Origin: an uncultured Planctomycetia bacterium
Lineage (GTDB): Bacteria; Planctomycetota; MHYJ01; CAYXQY01
NCBI GenBank assembly: GCA_964466525.1
Contig: CAYXQY010000004.1
Coordinates: forward strand, 1 to 53,794
Length of the DNA: 53,794 bases
Reading direction: 5' to 3'
Shown piece by piece: positions 44,155 through 53,739 of the stretch; position 1 is the first letter of the stretch, and every line of letters begins with the position of its first letter. The position numbers and the translations under genes were made by a program. The notes beneath the pieces were generated by a model. The model ran no database searches, had not been told where the DNA came from, and saw only the letters and a program-made list of their open reading frames with translations.

Positions 44155-46200
44155 ATGATGAAACGGACAATGTCGATAACAATTTCTGGACTGCTGGGTT
44201 TTTGCCTGTTATTATCGGGGCGTTTGCAGTCGGCCCGAGCCGAAGTGCCGCAACCGGTTTCTCCACCGGACGGAGTGGAAGTGACCGACGTTGCGCTGAG
44301 TTTCTACTGCACCAAAGACGACGGGATCAAATCCGTGGAGTATCAGGCGGGCAGGTCCCCGGACCTATCCAGTCCAAGCCGAACGGGACATGTGGAACAG
44401 GTCTGGTTACCGGAAACTACCTTCCAGCCGGGCACCTGGTACTGGCACGTGCGGGGTGTTACGGATTCCGGAGAACATACAGCATGGAGTGACATCAGGT
44501 CGTTTACCGTGAATAGTGAGCGATCCAGAACGTCGCCCGATTATCGACCGTCCCCCGCGTCCCCTCTGTATCTGTTTGAGGCCTGGAAACCGGAGCAGTG
44601 GGCCCATGTACCGGAGGACCTGAAACCGTACGTGGCGTTCAAGCTCCGCCCGATTTTCTACGATTATCGGCTGCGGCGGAAGACGGATGAGTGGAACGAA
44701 AAAATCAGGAGGTACGAGGAAAAGGGAATTCCCCTTTTCCTCCTCGGTCACGAGGACCAGTACCCGTCTGCGGAACTGGAGAAATTGTATCGGAACTTCG
44801 ATTCCGTAAAAGGGGTCGTTTTGCGGGAGTTGATGTGGTGGCATAGCTGGCACGGATTTCGAGGGAACGGCGGTGTTAAAGACATCATCACACGACACCT
44901 CAAGCTGGCTGAAAAATACGGGAAACAGGTGATCTGGACCGACGGGCACTGGCGTCATCTGCTGTTTCTCGAAACGGGCGTAGATCGGGCGTTTTTGGAG
45001 CAGGTCATATCAACGCATTCCGATTATTTTATCCCCGCCGCCAAACTAAACTTCGCCTATCATCCAACCGTCATACAGTCTTTGCTGCAGGGGTTCTGGC
45101 TTCGTGACGAGATCCAGTTCTGGGGGCACCAGCCGGAAAGCTGGTATCATCACGGTGGGGGACCCGGTTCCGATTGGCGGGGTCCGCGGGCATCCTGTCC
45201 ACCCATGTTCTATCCAATGATGGTGTTAAGCGGGGTTCGCGCCGGGGCGACGCTCTACAGCTTCGAGCCACCCGGCGATATCTGGGCCGGCCGCGGAGGA
45301 CTTGAAGCGGACAAGAACGCGAACCGATCGGAGGGTTTTTCACGCACCTGGGAGGATATCATGATTCCATTACTCCGGGAGCTCGTCGAACATCAGCTCA
45401 TTCCGGCCAAAGAAACCGTCCGAAAGAAAAGTCCCGTGGCCCTGCAGTACGATCAATCCATCTTCGCCACGGAAGACGGGACACCCGGTTCGTACTGGAA
45501 AGCGGAGAAGAGTGGACCGACGTATCGTCCGGCCTGGCGTCGGTTGAACGGTCCGCTGTCGGTCGCGCAGCGATGGCGGCACGAGGCGGAGGTTATTCCG
45601 AACGAATCCCGCTATGAATTTCTACCGTACGTCCCCGATTACGGGTCGAAGAACAACTCGTTTTCAACGGTGCTCTCGCTGGAGAAGGCAAATCAGTTCG
45701 CCGGTGAGAAAACACCCGCCGGCAACAAACTGATCGACAAATTGAATCCCCACTATGCCCCGGTTCCGTGGGAAGGAACCGCCTACATTCAGAAGATAGA
45801 GTCGGTCTACTTCGTGATAAATAATCGGGAAGAACGGGTGGTGGACCGGCAGACGTTTGACGTGCCGTTTCCGTCCGGACCAATACAGAACGTAAAGGGG
45901 GATCTGGGACGGCACGCGTTTCTCATTTTACAGAAACAGGACAAGGAGGACCGCATTTATGCCCAGGCACGACGGGCGGATAACGCGGGCGGTCCGCACG
46001 AAGGGGTGCGGGGACACAGGCGCATTCATAAGCTGCAGCAGCAGGCGGATCATCTGTCGCTGACCATTACAGTATCCTCACCGGAAAAGCAGGTGAAGGT
46101 GAAACCGAAGACCCGTATCGACGAACGAAAACAGGCCGGAAACCGGGTATCACTCACGCTGTCCTTTCAGGAGGGCCCTGCGGTGATTACCGTGGAGTAG
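44155..46200 (+). CDS. Secreted protein of unknown function (Ig/Fn3-like N-domain plus a probable catalytic barrel)
   Basis: ATG 44155 gives the signal peptide MMKRTMSITISGLLGFCLLLSG. This is a long Trp/His-rich ORF. I recognise no family. Confidence 0.7.
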   Translation: MMKRTMSITISGLLGFCLLLSGRLQSARAEVPQPVSPPDGVEVTDVALSFYCTKDDGIKSVEYQAGRSPDLSSPSRTGHVEQVWLPETTFQPGTWYWHVRGVTDSGEHTAWSDIRSFTVNSERSRTSPDYRPSPASPLYLFEAWKPEQWAHVPEDLKPYVAFKLRPIFYDYRLRRKTDEWNEKIRRYEEKGIPLFLLGHEDQYPSAELEKLYRNFDSVKGVVLRELMWWHSWHGFRGNGGVKDIITRHLKLAEKYGKQVIWTDGHWRHLLFLETGVDRAFLEQVISTHSDYFIPAAKLNFAYHPTVIQSLLQGFWLRDEIQFWGHQPESWYHHGGGPGSDWRGPRASCPPMFYPMMVLSGVRAGATLYSFEPPGDIWAGRGGLEADKNANRSEGFSRTWEDIMIPLLRELVEHQLIPAKETVRKKSPVALQYDQSIFATEDGTPGSYWKAEKSGPTYRPAWRRLNGPLSVAQRWRHEAEVIPNESRYEFLPYVPDYGSKNNSFSTVLSLEKANQFAGEKTPAGNKLIDKLNPHYAPVPWEGTAYIQKIESVYFVINNREERVVDRQTFDVPFPSGPIQNVKGDLGRHAFLILQKQDKEDRIYAQARRADNAGGPHEGVRGHRRIHKLQQQADHLSLTITVSSPEKQVKVKPKTRIDERKQAGNRVSLTLSFQEGPAVITVE

Positions 46201-46382
46201 TTCTCGAACAGGCTGTAGTTCCCCCGCTCCGTCGTCGTTTTATCGTTTGAATTTAGGGGGGGCTGCTCGATACGGTCGATTAAAGATTTGGGTTCTCATC
46301 CAGTCGTGTTAGAGATCACGTTAATTCTGGAGCAATCGCCCATGCTTCCAAAATTACTTCCGCTATTTCCGGAGGAACGTTT

Positions 46383-47984
46383 ATGAATCGATACATATAC
46401 CTTCTGCCTGCCCTTCTAATGCTGTCCTTCGTGTTTCCCCCTCCGGTTCACGCGGAACCGGACACCGCGACCGGTATCGTGTATCATGATCAGGATGAGG
46501 ACGGGACCCGTGACGGGGACGAACCCGGCATCGAGGGCGTGCGGGTCTCCAACGGGGAGCAGGTCGTGCGAACCGACGCGGACGGGCGTTACGAACTGCC
46601 GGTGGACGGGGACACCATACTGTTCGTCTGTAAACCTCAGGGCTGGATCTACCCGACCGACGATCGTCAGATGCCGCAGTTCTACTACATCCACAAACCG
46701 GATGGGTCGCCGGACGAACAGTTCAAATATGAGGGAAGCAAACCGACCGGTCCGCTGCCGGAGTCCGTGGATTTTCCCCTTTACCGATACCGGTCGAAGG
46801 AGTCGTTTCGCGCCGTACTGATGGGGGATCCCCAGCCGGCCAGTATGGAGGAAGTACGGTATTATGGTCGAGACATTATGTCGGAACTGGTCGACGTGGA
46901 GGCGTCGTTCGGTCTGACGCTGGGCGATATCGTTGGGAATAACCTGGACCTGTTCGAGCCAATGAATGAATTGCAGGCGCTGCCGGGAATTCCGTGGCAC
47001 AACCTGGCGGGCAACCACGACCTGAACTTCCGTGCCCAAAGTGACACACATGCCAACGAAACGTTTCACCGGGTCTACGGTCCGACCAACTACGCGTTTC
47101 AGTACGGACGGGTACACGTGATTCCACTGGACAACGTGGTGTACCACGGTCACGAGGAGGGGGGATACCACGGCGGGTTGAACGAGCGACAGCTCCGGTT
47201 TGTCGAGAACTATCTGCATACCGTACCGGAGGATCATCACATCGTGATCGCCTCGCACATTCCGCTGGTCGTCCCCGACGTTGGCAAGCGCCACTCGACG
47301 CCCCAGTTAAACCAACTGATGCAAATCCTGTCGGGGTTCAATCATACCAGCTCGTTCTCGGCCCATACACACAAGAACGCAATCTATCACGTCGGAAAAG
47401 ACAGCGGATACCATCCAGAGGAACACGGGGTCCACCTTCACCACAACCTTGGAACGGCCTCGGGCACGTGGTGGAAAGGTCCGCTTGACGAGCGCGGCAT
47501 CCCGCTGACACCAATGCGCGACGGCACACCGAACGGGTACGCCATCGCAACCTTCGATGGGAACAAGGTGCGGGTGCGATGGAAGGCCGCGAACCATTCA
47601 TCGGACCACCAGATGAACATCATGACACCCGATCATGTCCACGCCGATCATCCGGAGGACGACGGGCAGCCGACGGAGGTATTGGTCAACGTGTTCAACG
47701 GCGGTCCGGACTCCGAGGTACATATGCGAGTGCGGGGACAATCCGACTGGACCGAGATGTCACACGAACACCGCCTGGACCCGAGCTACGTTCGCCTGCA
47801 CCGGATCGACCAGGAAACGCCCATGAAGGGAACGAGCCGGCTGAAGCCCCCGCACAACAGCCGGCACATCTGGGTCGGTCACCTGCCGGAAAACCTTCCC
47901 CGGGGCACACACCTGATCGAGGTCAAAGCCGAGGACGCCTATGGTCACACGTTCCACAATCAGCGTCCCGTGCGTGTGGAGTAA
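46383..47984 (+). CDS. Secreted calcineurin-like metallophosphoesterase
   Basis: Signal peptide and an SdrD-B-like Asp-rich N-domain (DQDEDGTRDGDEPGIEGVRV...TDADGRYEL). Metallophosphatase motifs are present (GDPQ, GDIVGNN, GNHD, SHIP), plus a C-terminal beta domain. Confidence 0.85.
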   Translation: MNRYIYLLPALLMLSFVFPPPVHAEPDTATGIVYHDQDEDGTRDGDEPGIEGVRVSNGEQVVRTDADGRYELPVDGDTILFVCKPQGWIYPTDDRQMPQFYYIHKPDGSPDEQFKYEGSKPTGPLPESVDFPLYRYRSKESFRAVLMGDPQPASMEEVRYYGRDIMSELVDVEASFGLTLGDIVGNNLDLFEPMNELQALPGIPWHNLAGNHDLNFRAQSDTHANETFHRVYGPTNYAFQYGRVHVIPLDNVVYHGHEEGGYHGGLNERQLRFVENYLHTVPEDHHIVIASHIPLVVPDVGKRHSTPQLNQLMQILSGFNHTSSFSAHTHKNAIYHVGKDSGYHPEEHGVHLHHNLGTASGTWWKGPLDERGIPLTPMRDGTPNGYAIATFDGNKVRVRWKAANHSSDHQMNIMTPDHVHADHPEDDGQPTEVLVNVFNGGPDSEVHMRVRGQSDWTEMSHEHRLDPSYVRLHRIDQETPMKGTSRLKPPHNSRHIWVGHLPENLPRGTHLIEVKAEDAYGHTFHNQRPVRVE

Positions 47985-48238
47985 CACGAAAGGACGCCTG
48001 GGCTGAAGCGGAAGTATCGCTGAATGAACATGGGATCCGGAGAGGCCAGTTGTATGCATGCGAGCGATTTTTCACGTATTTCTTCAGTGGTCATCGATCG
48101 ATGACCGGCTGATTGATTTATGGGGTTCCCCGAAGAAAAAACAATTTATCTGTTCTGTATTTCATTTTTCCTTTTCCGATCCAGTAAATTCCGTTTACAA
48201 ACCAACGGGAAACGGAAGGAAGAATTACCATCCTCACT

Positions 48239-49162
48239 TTACGACGTCGAAGAGGCTGGTTCGACCTCGGTATCCGGGCGGTCTCGCTGCCAGACGACCG
48301 CAGCGACGGCGGCAAGCACGATTACCATGCCAACGAGCGAAAGAAGTGGAGGGACTTCACCGAACAGGAAATACGCAATGATAGAGGCCCCAACCGGTTC
48401 AATGAGGGCAAGCATCCCCACAATTGCGGTCCGCACGTATTGCAGGGCGTAATTGAACGACCCGTGACCGAGGATTTGCGGTCCGAGGGCAAGCCCCGCG
48501 CAGAGAAGGTAAAATTTCAGCGAATAGCCAAACAACGGCACCTGTTTAATCCACGCTGCGGCAAGGGTGGTTCCCGCCGCGATTGTGTAAAGTGGTGTGA
48601 CGTAAGCAAGCCAGGATACGTTCCGTCGGACGACACGGCCAATTAACAGGTAGCCACTGACCAGAACGGCCGCCCCGAACGCAAGGCTATTTCCCCAGAC
48701 GGCTCCGTAACCGAGCGTCACTTCTCCGGCGTCGGCCCAGCCAATGAGTGCCGCACCCCCGACGGCCAGCATGATTGCAACGACTGTCGAACGAGAGAGG
48801 CGTTCACCAAGGAGCATAAAGCCAAATACCGCAAGGATGAGCGGGCTGGAGGTAACAAGGACGGAGGCACTTGCCACGGTCGTGTGGTACAGGGATTCAA
48901 TCCACGTGATAAAGTGCAATCCCAGCAGAATGCCCGCGCCGAGGATGAGAAGGACGTCGCGGATGGTAAACTGCTGCATGTCCCGATCAATTCGCCATCC
49001 CACGGCCGGGGGCAGGAGAGCGACGGATGCAATCAGCGTCCGCCACATGGCAATCGCCACCCCGGGTTCGTTTCCGGCAAGACGAACGAGGATGGGCGCG
49101 AGGCAGAAACTCAATGCACCGAGTGCAAGGAGTATGTATACGCGAAGGGGCCAGCGTGTCAT
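48239..49162 (-). CDS. EamA/DMT-family transporter
   Basis: 307 aa with ten hydrophobic segments arranged as two EamA-like repeats. Confidence 0.8.
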   Translation of the reverse strand: MTRWPLRVYILLALGALSFCLAPILVRLAGNEPGVAIAMWRTLIASVALLPPAVGWRIDRDMQQFTIRDVLLILGAGILLGLHFITWIESLYHTTVASASVLVTSSPLILAVFGFMLLGERLSRSTVVAIMLAVGGAALIGWADAGEVTLGYGAVWGNSLAFGAAVLVSGYLLIGRVVRRNVSWLAYVTPLYTIAAGTTLAAAWIKQVPLFGYSLKFYLLCAGLALGPQILGHGSFNYALQYVRTAIVGMLALIEPVGASIIAYFLFGEVPPLLSLVGMVIVLAAVAAVVWQRDRPDTEVEPASSTS

Positions 49163-49284
49163 GCATCACACTCCCTGCATCGTCTGACCGACAACGATTT
49201 GCTTTTCGATCCGACCGGTGCTGCGGATCCGTGAACAGCGTGTCGTTCCTTCACTTCAACTTATTTTCAATTTTTAAAGTTTTG

Positions 49285-49338
49285 GAGGCTGCTGAAAATC
49301 CTCGCAACGTAAGCGAAGCGAGTTACGTCGAAGAGCGC
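49285..49338. repeat. Copy 1 of a ~54-nt intergenic repeat
   Basis: GAGGCTGCTGAAAATCCTCGCAACGTAAGCGAAGCGAGTTACGTCGAAGAGCGC recurs at 53740..53794 with six substitutions and one indel. It contains an internal stem (ACGTAA...TTACGT). Confidence 0.75.
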
Positions 49339-49397
49339 GGGGTCCGCCGCGGTCGATGCCGACAGTGCATCCGAGGGGATTACATTATAATGTTCAT

Positions 49398-49428
49398 TTC
49401 AAATAGCAACGGAATGTTGCTATTTGAA
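49398..49428. terminator. Perfect 13-bp hairpin downstream of the minus-strand gene ending at 49525
   Basis: TTCAAATAGCAAC-ggaat-GTTGCTATTTGAA. No strong U-tract lies on either side. Confidence 0.35.
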
Positions 49429-49524
49429 GTAACTGGTCAAAAATGCGTGGGGAAGGAAAGATGATTTGATTGCATACCAAAGCAGGATACTTTTGTTCCC
49501 AGTATGCCACGGATTTTTGACCGG

Positions 49525-51129
49525 TTACTCAATTTTACCAACCTCCCGGACCGATCCGTCCCGTTCATCGACATGAAAAAACCGTCCTTCCACCGGCACG
49601 TCCACGGTGATCCGGCGGTACTCCGGAACTCGGACCCGTACATTGGATTTCTCGCCCATCGGTGCGTGGGCATACACGAGCCATTCCCGGTGGTCCGACG
49701 CACGGATCACCCGGGCCAGCGAAAAGACCGGCAGGTGTGTCGTGTACTCCCACGGACGGTCCGGATCCAGGCTGGTGTCCAGTAGAAACCAGCGATGGGT
49801 GTTCCGGTAATAGTCCGGGAGGTCCGTGTCGAACGGATGGTCATGAGCCGTATTCGCCACAAGCTTGCCGTGCCGCCAGAACCGCTTCAGAACCGAATCT
49901 CGGTATACCACATCCACCGCCTTAATAATTTCCTTCATGTTGGGCCAGTACCCGTTCTTGCCTTTTCGTGGAGCCGTGTGGCCCTCCCATTCCCGTACCA
50001 CTCGCGGTGTAAGCATCCACATGCCGAACTGTACCCAACCCCGGTAATGAGCGGGGGAGGTGGGTTCGAACCCCTTTTCCCGGTACTGTTTTGCCTTGCT
50101 CTTGCCGCCGTCCCAGCAGATCATTTCGTACCAGAAATCAGGATCGACCTCGAACGCCCGCTCCTTCATCGGCACGTGATTCATGAATTCCACCTGGCAG
50201 CTCCACACGTTAAACCGCGTCTTTTTTCCCTCCCAGTCGTTGTCGTAGTAGGAGCCCATGCCGCCGTCCCAGATTGAGAAATTCGGTGTAACCCGCTGCG
50301 AGGTCGCCAGCGAATACGCCTTCCAGCCACCCCATCGTCCCATGTGGTCCGGACCGAACGCCCCGTATCCAAGGATCTTGCTGTTTTCTTTCCAGGAGGG
50401 TTTCGTAAGGCCGCTTCGGAGCCCGTCGAACAGCGCCCCGTACCGCTCCTTCCACCCTTCCGCCACAACCCGTCTTTTGAATTCGTCGGATTTCCCGGCA
50501 CCGAACCGTTTCATGTACCGCCCGGACGATTCCACCTCCTCCCATTCCAGTGCATTTGGTTCATTGTTGCTGACGAGGTGCACAAGCGGGGGGTCGGGGT
50601 ACACCTCCTGAAGGTGGCGCATGCCCGCATGTTTCGTCCATTGCTCACCCAGGGTCCGCCACGGTTTGACCGGGCTGAACGGACTGATTTTGTTCATGCG
50701 ATTGCCGTCCGTGTCGATTGCATTCCCCGTCTTTTCCACAGGCAAGTTTTCGTACGAATCGGAGCGGTAGAACCGCATCACCCACTGCAGGCCGTTTATG
50801 ACCGTGAGGGGTAGGTTCCACCCCGCCACCTGTTCGAGTCCGTCAATTTCCTTTTTGCCGTGACGTGGCCATTCGATAAACGGCAGGATATGGTGTCCCT
50901 GCCGAATCAGTTTTACCTGGTTTGCCAGCGGCCAGTTGCTGGCGTGCCAGTGTGCCGCAAGCGGCAGGGGTCGACCCTCCGGCCCGCGATTTGGTCTGAG
51001 TGCTTCCGCCCGGATCTCCCGAACCGTCTCCGGTTGATTACCCTGGGCTGTGCACCGAGCATGAAAAAGGGCTCCTGACAACCATAGAACAATGGAAAGA
51101 AAAACCGGTACGTTCGTTAACCTGACCAT
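49525..51129 (-). CDS. Secreted protein of unknown function
   Basis: ATG 51129 gives a signal peptide (MVRLTNVPVFLSIVLWLSGALFHA). This is a Trp-rich 534-aa ORF. The track ORF extends upstream to 51330. Confidence 0.7.
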   Translation of the reverse strand: MVRLTNVPVFLSIVLWLSGALFHARCTAQGNQPETVREIRAEALRPNRGPEGRPLPLAAHWHASNWPLANQVKLIRQGHHILPFIEWPRHGKKEIDGLEQVAGWNLPLTVINGLQWVMRFYRSDSYENLPVEKTGNAIDTDGNRMNKISPFSPVKPWRTLGEQWTKHAGMRHLQEVYPDPPLVHLVSNNEPNALEWEEVESSGRYMKRFGAGKSDEFKRRVVAEGWKERYGALFDGLRSGLTKPSWKENSKILGYGAFGPDHMGRWGGWKAYSLATSQRVTPNFSIWDGGMGSYYDNDWEGKKTRFNVWSCQVEFMNHVPMKERAFEVDPDFWYEMICWDGGKSKAKQYREKGFEPTSPAHYRGWVQFGMWMLTPRVVREWEGHTAPRKGKNGYWPNMKEIIKAVDVVYRDSVLKRFWRHGKLVANTAHDHPFDTDLPDYYRNTHRWFLLDTSLDPDRPWEYTTHLPVFSLARVIRASDHREWLVYAHAPMGEKSNVRVRVPEYRRITVDVPVEGRFFHVDERDGSVREVGKIE

Positions 51130-51504
51130 CAGCTGCCTCGATGAATGGAAGACCGTGCCCGAACGATGAAGGTTCAACTTATCCGAAGTCCATGCACGGT
51201 TCAACTGAAAGGCATACGAGATCCGACGGATCCCGGACACATTCGACGCTGAATCTAAAACGTTTGCTTCGGTGATTCTGTTTCGATGGGTCCCGCAGGA
51301 TCGAGGAAGCATGGAGAAGTTCTTCTGCATCCCGTATGGACGTGGGGGGCTGTGCAGTTACATTTCCTCGAGTTCCCGGGCTCCTCTGGAACCCGGTTCG
51401 TAACCGACCGTCCGCTGAGACGTTCGCCGATAACGGGCCGCTCTTTCCTCCTGCCACGTAATAAAATGGGATCGTCCACCCGGAACCGGTTCATGGGCAA
51501 ACAA

Positions 51505-51880
51505 TTATTTTAGACCCTGTTTTTCAAGCACCGATTCGGGCAGTGAACGGTGCGGACGGGGTTGATCCGGTGCCTGCGTTCGAATCCGTTCCCACTCGGT
51601 TATCCCGTCGATCTGCATCAGACGATAAGCAATTCGTTTGATCAGGTCTGCGTACACTCTCAGCTCCGCCGTCCGTACCCCGGTGGCTTGTACTGCCTTC
51701 AGCCGGGGCGGATGGGTTGTAGAAACAAAAATGAACGACGAGTTTGATTATGGGTGGCACATCGGCGGTGGGACGCCAATCAGGGGCTCGGACAAACCGT
51801 GAGGTGTTGATAATCAATCTCCACCCAAAACTTTTCGAGGCTTCAATCAACGGCTCGAGCGAACGGACTTCGGCGATCAT
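51505..51880 (-). pseudogene. Relic of a small gene. Its 3' part is copy 2 of the 134-nt repeat (51512..51645).
   Basis: Two minus-strand frames are needed. The first is MIAEVRSLEPLIEASKSFGWRLIINTSRFVRAPDWRPTADVPPIIKLVVHF. The second is ...THPPRLKAVQATGVRTAELRVYADLIKRIAYRLMQIDGITEWERIRTQAPDQPRPHRSLPESVLEKQGLK*, with its stop at 51505..51507. Confidence 0.35.
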
Positions 51881-51965
51881 GGGGCGACCGGGAAACTCTC
51901 CCGGGTGTTCTACCCATAATCTCCTTCACGGATATCACCGATCATCTGAACCAGTCCCGAAATGC

Positions 51966-53684
51966 TCATTCTTTCGATTGTTTTACGGTTTCGATTAGCC
52001 GGGCCACTCGCGAACGCTGTTCGAGAATATTCGTCGGATCATTCGCCGTCCTGAAAAAATCTTTAACAACCGCCGGCGGTACGTTCAGGGCCTGATTTAC
52101 TTTTTGCTTGAGGGTGTCGGATAGGTCGGTATTTCGACTGATTTTCCGGAGGAGCCAATGGTATTCAAAGTCCTCGATACCATCGCGGATGATATCGGAC
52201 CGGATGGAGGGGGATACGTTGTCCTCCGTTGGCCAGAAGAGTGTCCCGTTTCCAATGCCGAGTCGATCACTGACGACGGTAAATCCCCGGGGAGCGTTTT
52301 TTGTCGTTATATCCCCCCGCTCCCACAGGCAGGTGGCCCAGAGGGTCATCATCCGGACGTTTTCCTTCCACATTTTCCAGAAGAAGGCCCGAAGTTTGAT
52401 CGCCGGTTCTTCCACCTTTAGATGATGGTGGATATACCACGACATCTCGTGATCCTTCTTTTTCAGAAATTCAACCACCTTCGGGTAGGGATACACAACG
52501 CCAGGATTGATCGAGAAGACATCCACTGCCGGGGCCGCCTTCCGGAGCGAGTTCAACTTTCTCTCCGGACCGGGATCCTTGAAATACAATCCGTTAAAGG
52601 TTGCCAGTCGTTTCAGGTCGGGAGCTATTTTTTCCAGTCGTTCCGCCTGTTTTCTTTTGCGGGTGTGAGGAGGCGTATAACTTTCGTCACCACCGATTTT
52701 GGTAAGTATTCGGTCCATCCAGCCCCGCTCGCGAAGCGCGGTCAGATACGGTTCAGATATGGGGATTCGCGCGTGACTATCTCCCATTCGACCGAGGTAT
52801 AGTCCCCGATCCACCCACCATTGTGCCCATTTCAGAAAATATTCAAGTTTCTGTCCATCGGGGGCCTGACCGGGCATAATCACCCGCGGGGAGATCCGGC
52901 GGGCGGCAAACTTTTTAAACAGATCTTTCTTCAAACGTTCGATTTCCTCGACCGGATAGCGGTCGGTCAGTTCTCCTCCCCCGCCGTTGATGCTGAAATG
53001 ATTGGGCCAGACGTGGGTACGTTTCGGTAGCTTAAAATCCCATACGTGCACGGTAAACGGAATTTCAAACTGATGTTTTTCGATTCCCGCGGGGATATTA
53101 TCACCATGTGTAAACTGTTTATGACCGACCGTCAGGTTCAGCGATCCGGTGTAATCCCCGGCGGGACGTTCTGGAGGAACAGAAACCGTTATCCAGAGGT
53201 TATAATTTTGTCTGTCCGGTACAGATTTGAAGGCATCTTTCGGGAACAGCACATCCGGGTGGACGCCATTGATGTATCCGACCACTCGTACGTTGATGTT
53301 GTCACTGGATATTTTTTCGCCGTCCGGACCGTTGAGAGATGATACCTGTAACTTCTGGACCGGATACGTGATGGGTGCCTGATTTCGACGCCTGTAGCCG
53401 TGAGGAGTGACGATCACCTGGAAAGAGGCGCGTTCATTGGCAGCCGCCGAGATCCTCACCCCATTTACTTTCTCCATATTACGGATTCTTTCAGGACGTG
53501 GCATTCTCTGTACTTTCCGCAGACCATGCTGGGTCCAGACCGTGAACTTTTCGTCGGCGGCTATTTTACCCGTAACGACTGGGGTTTTATCGGATTCCGG
53601 AGCCGCCTCACTTCCGCTCGTGCCCAACCCCACCACCAATAATAACATCACAAGACCAATTCCGGTTGTTCTTCTTACATGCAT
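51966..53684 (-). CDS. DUF4091-type (GH123-like) secreted glycoside hydrolase-like protein
   Basis: Signal peptide plus the C-terminal block IIRDGIEDFEYHWLL that I associate with DUF4091. Confidence 0.6.
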   Translation of the reverse strand: MHVRRTTGIGLVMLLLVVGLGTSGSEAAPESDKTPVVTGKIAADEKFTVWTQHGLRKVQRMPRPERIRNMEKVNGVRISAAANERASFQVIVTPHGYRRRNQAPITYPVQKLQVSSLNGPDGEKISSDNINVRVVGYINGVHPDVLFPKDAFKSVPDRQNYNLWITVSVPPERPAGDYTGSLNLTVGHKQFTHGDNIPAGIEKHQFEIPFTVHVWDFKLPKRTHVWPNHFSINGGGGELTDRYPVEEIERLKKDLFKKFAARRISPRVIMPGQAPDGQKLEYFLKWAQWWVDRGLYLGRMGDSHARIPISEPYLTALRERGWMDRILTKIGGDESYTPPHTRKRKQAERLEKIAPDLKRLATFNGLYFKDPGPERKLNSLRKAAPAVDVFSINPGVVYPYPKVVEFLKKKDHEMSWYIHHHLKVEEPAIKLRAFFWKMWKENVRMMTLWATCLWERGDITTKNAPRGFTVVSDRLGIGNGTLFWPTEDNVSPSIRSDIIRDGIEDFEYHWLLRKISRNTDLSDTLKQKVNQALNVPPAVVKDFFRTANDPTNILEQRSRVARLIETVKQSKE

Positions 53685-53739
53685 GACAGTAGCTCCTGTT
53701 ATTCTGCCGGATAACTTACAAATTAAAGATATACTCTAT

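Noticed and set aside
46416-47294. 292-aa minus-strand ORF inside the metallophosphoesterase gene
   Set aside because: It is antisense to a gene with clear GDPQ, GNHD and SHIP motifs. Its translation is His/Arg/Val-rich and has neither a signal peptide nor a domain signature.
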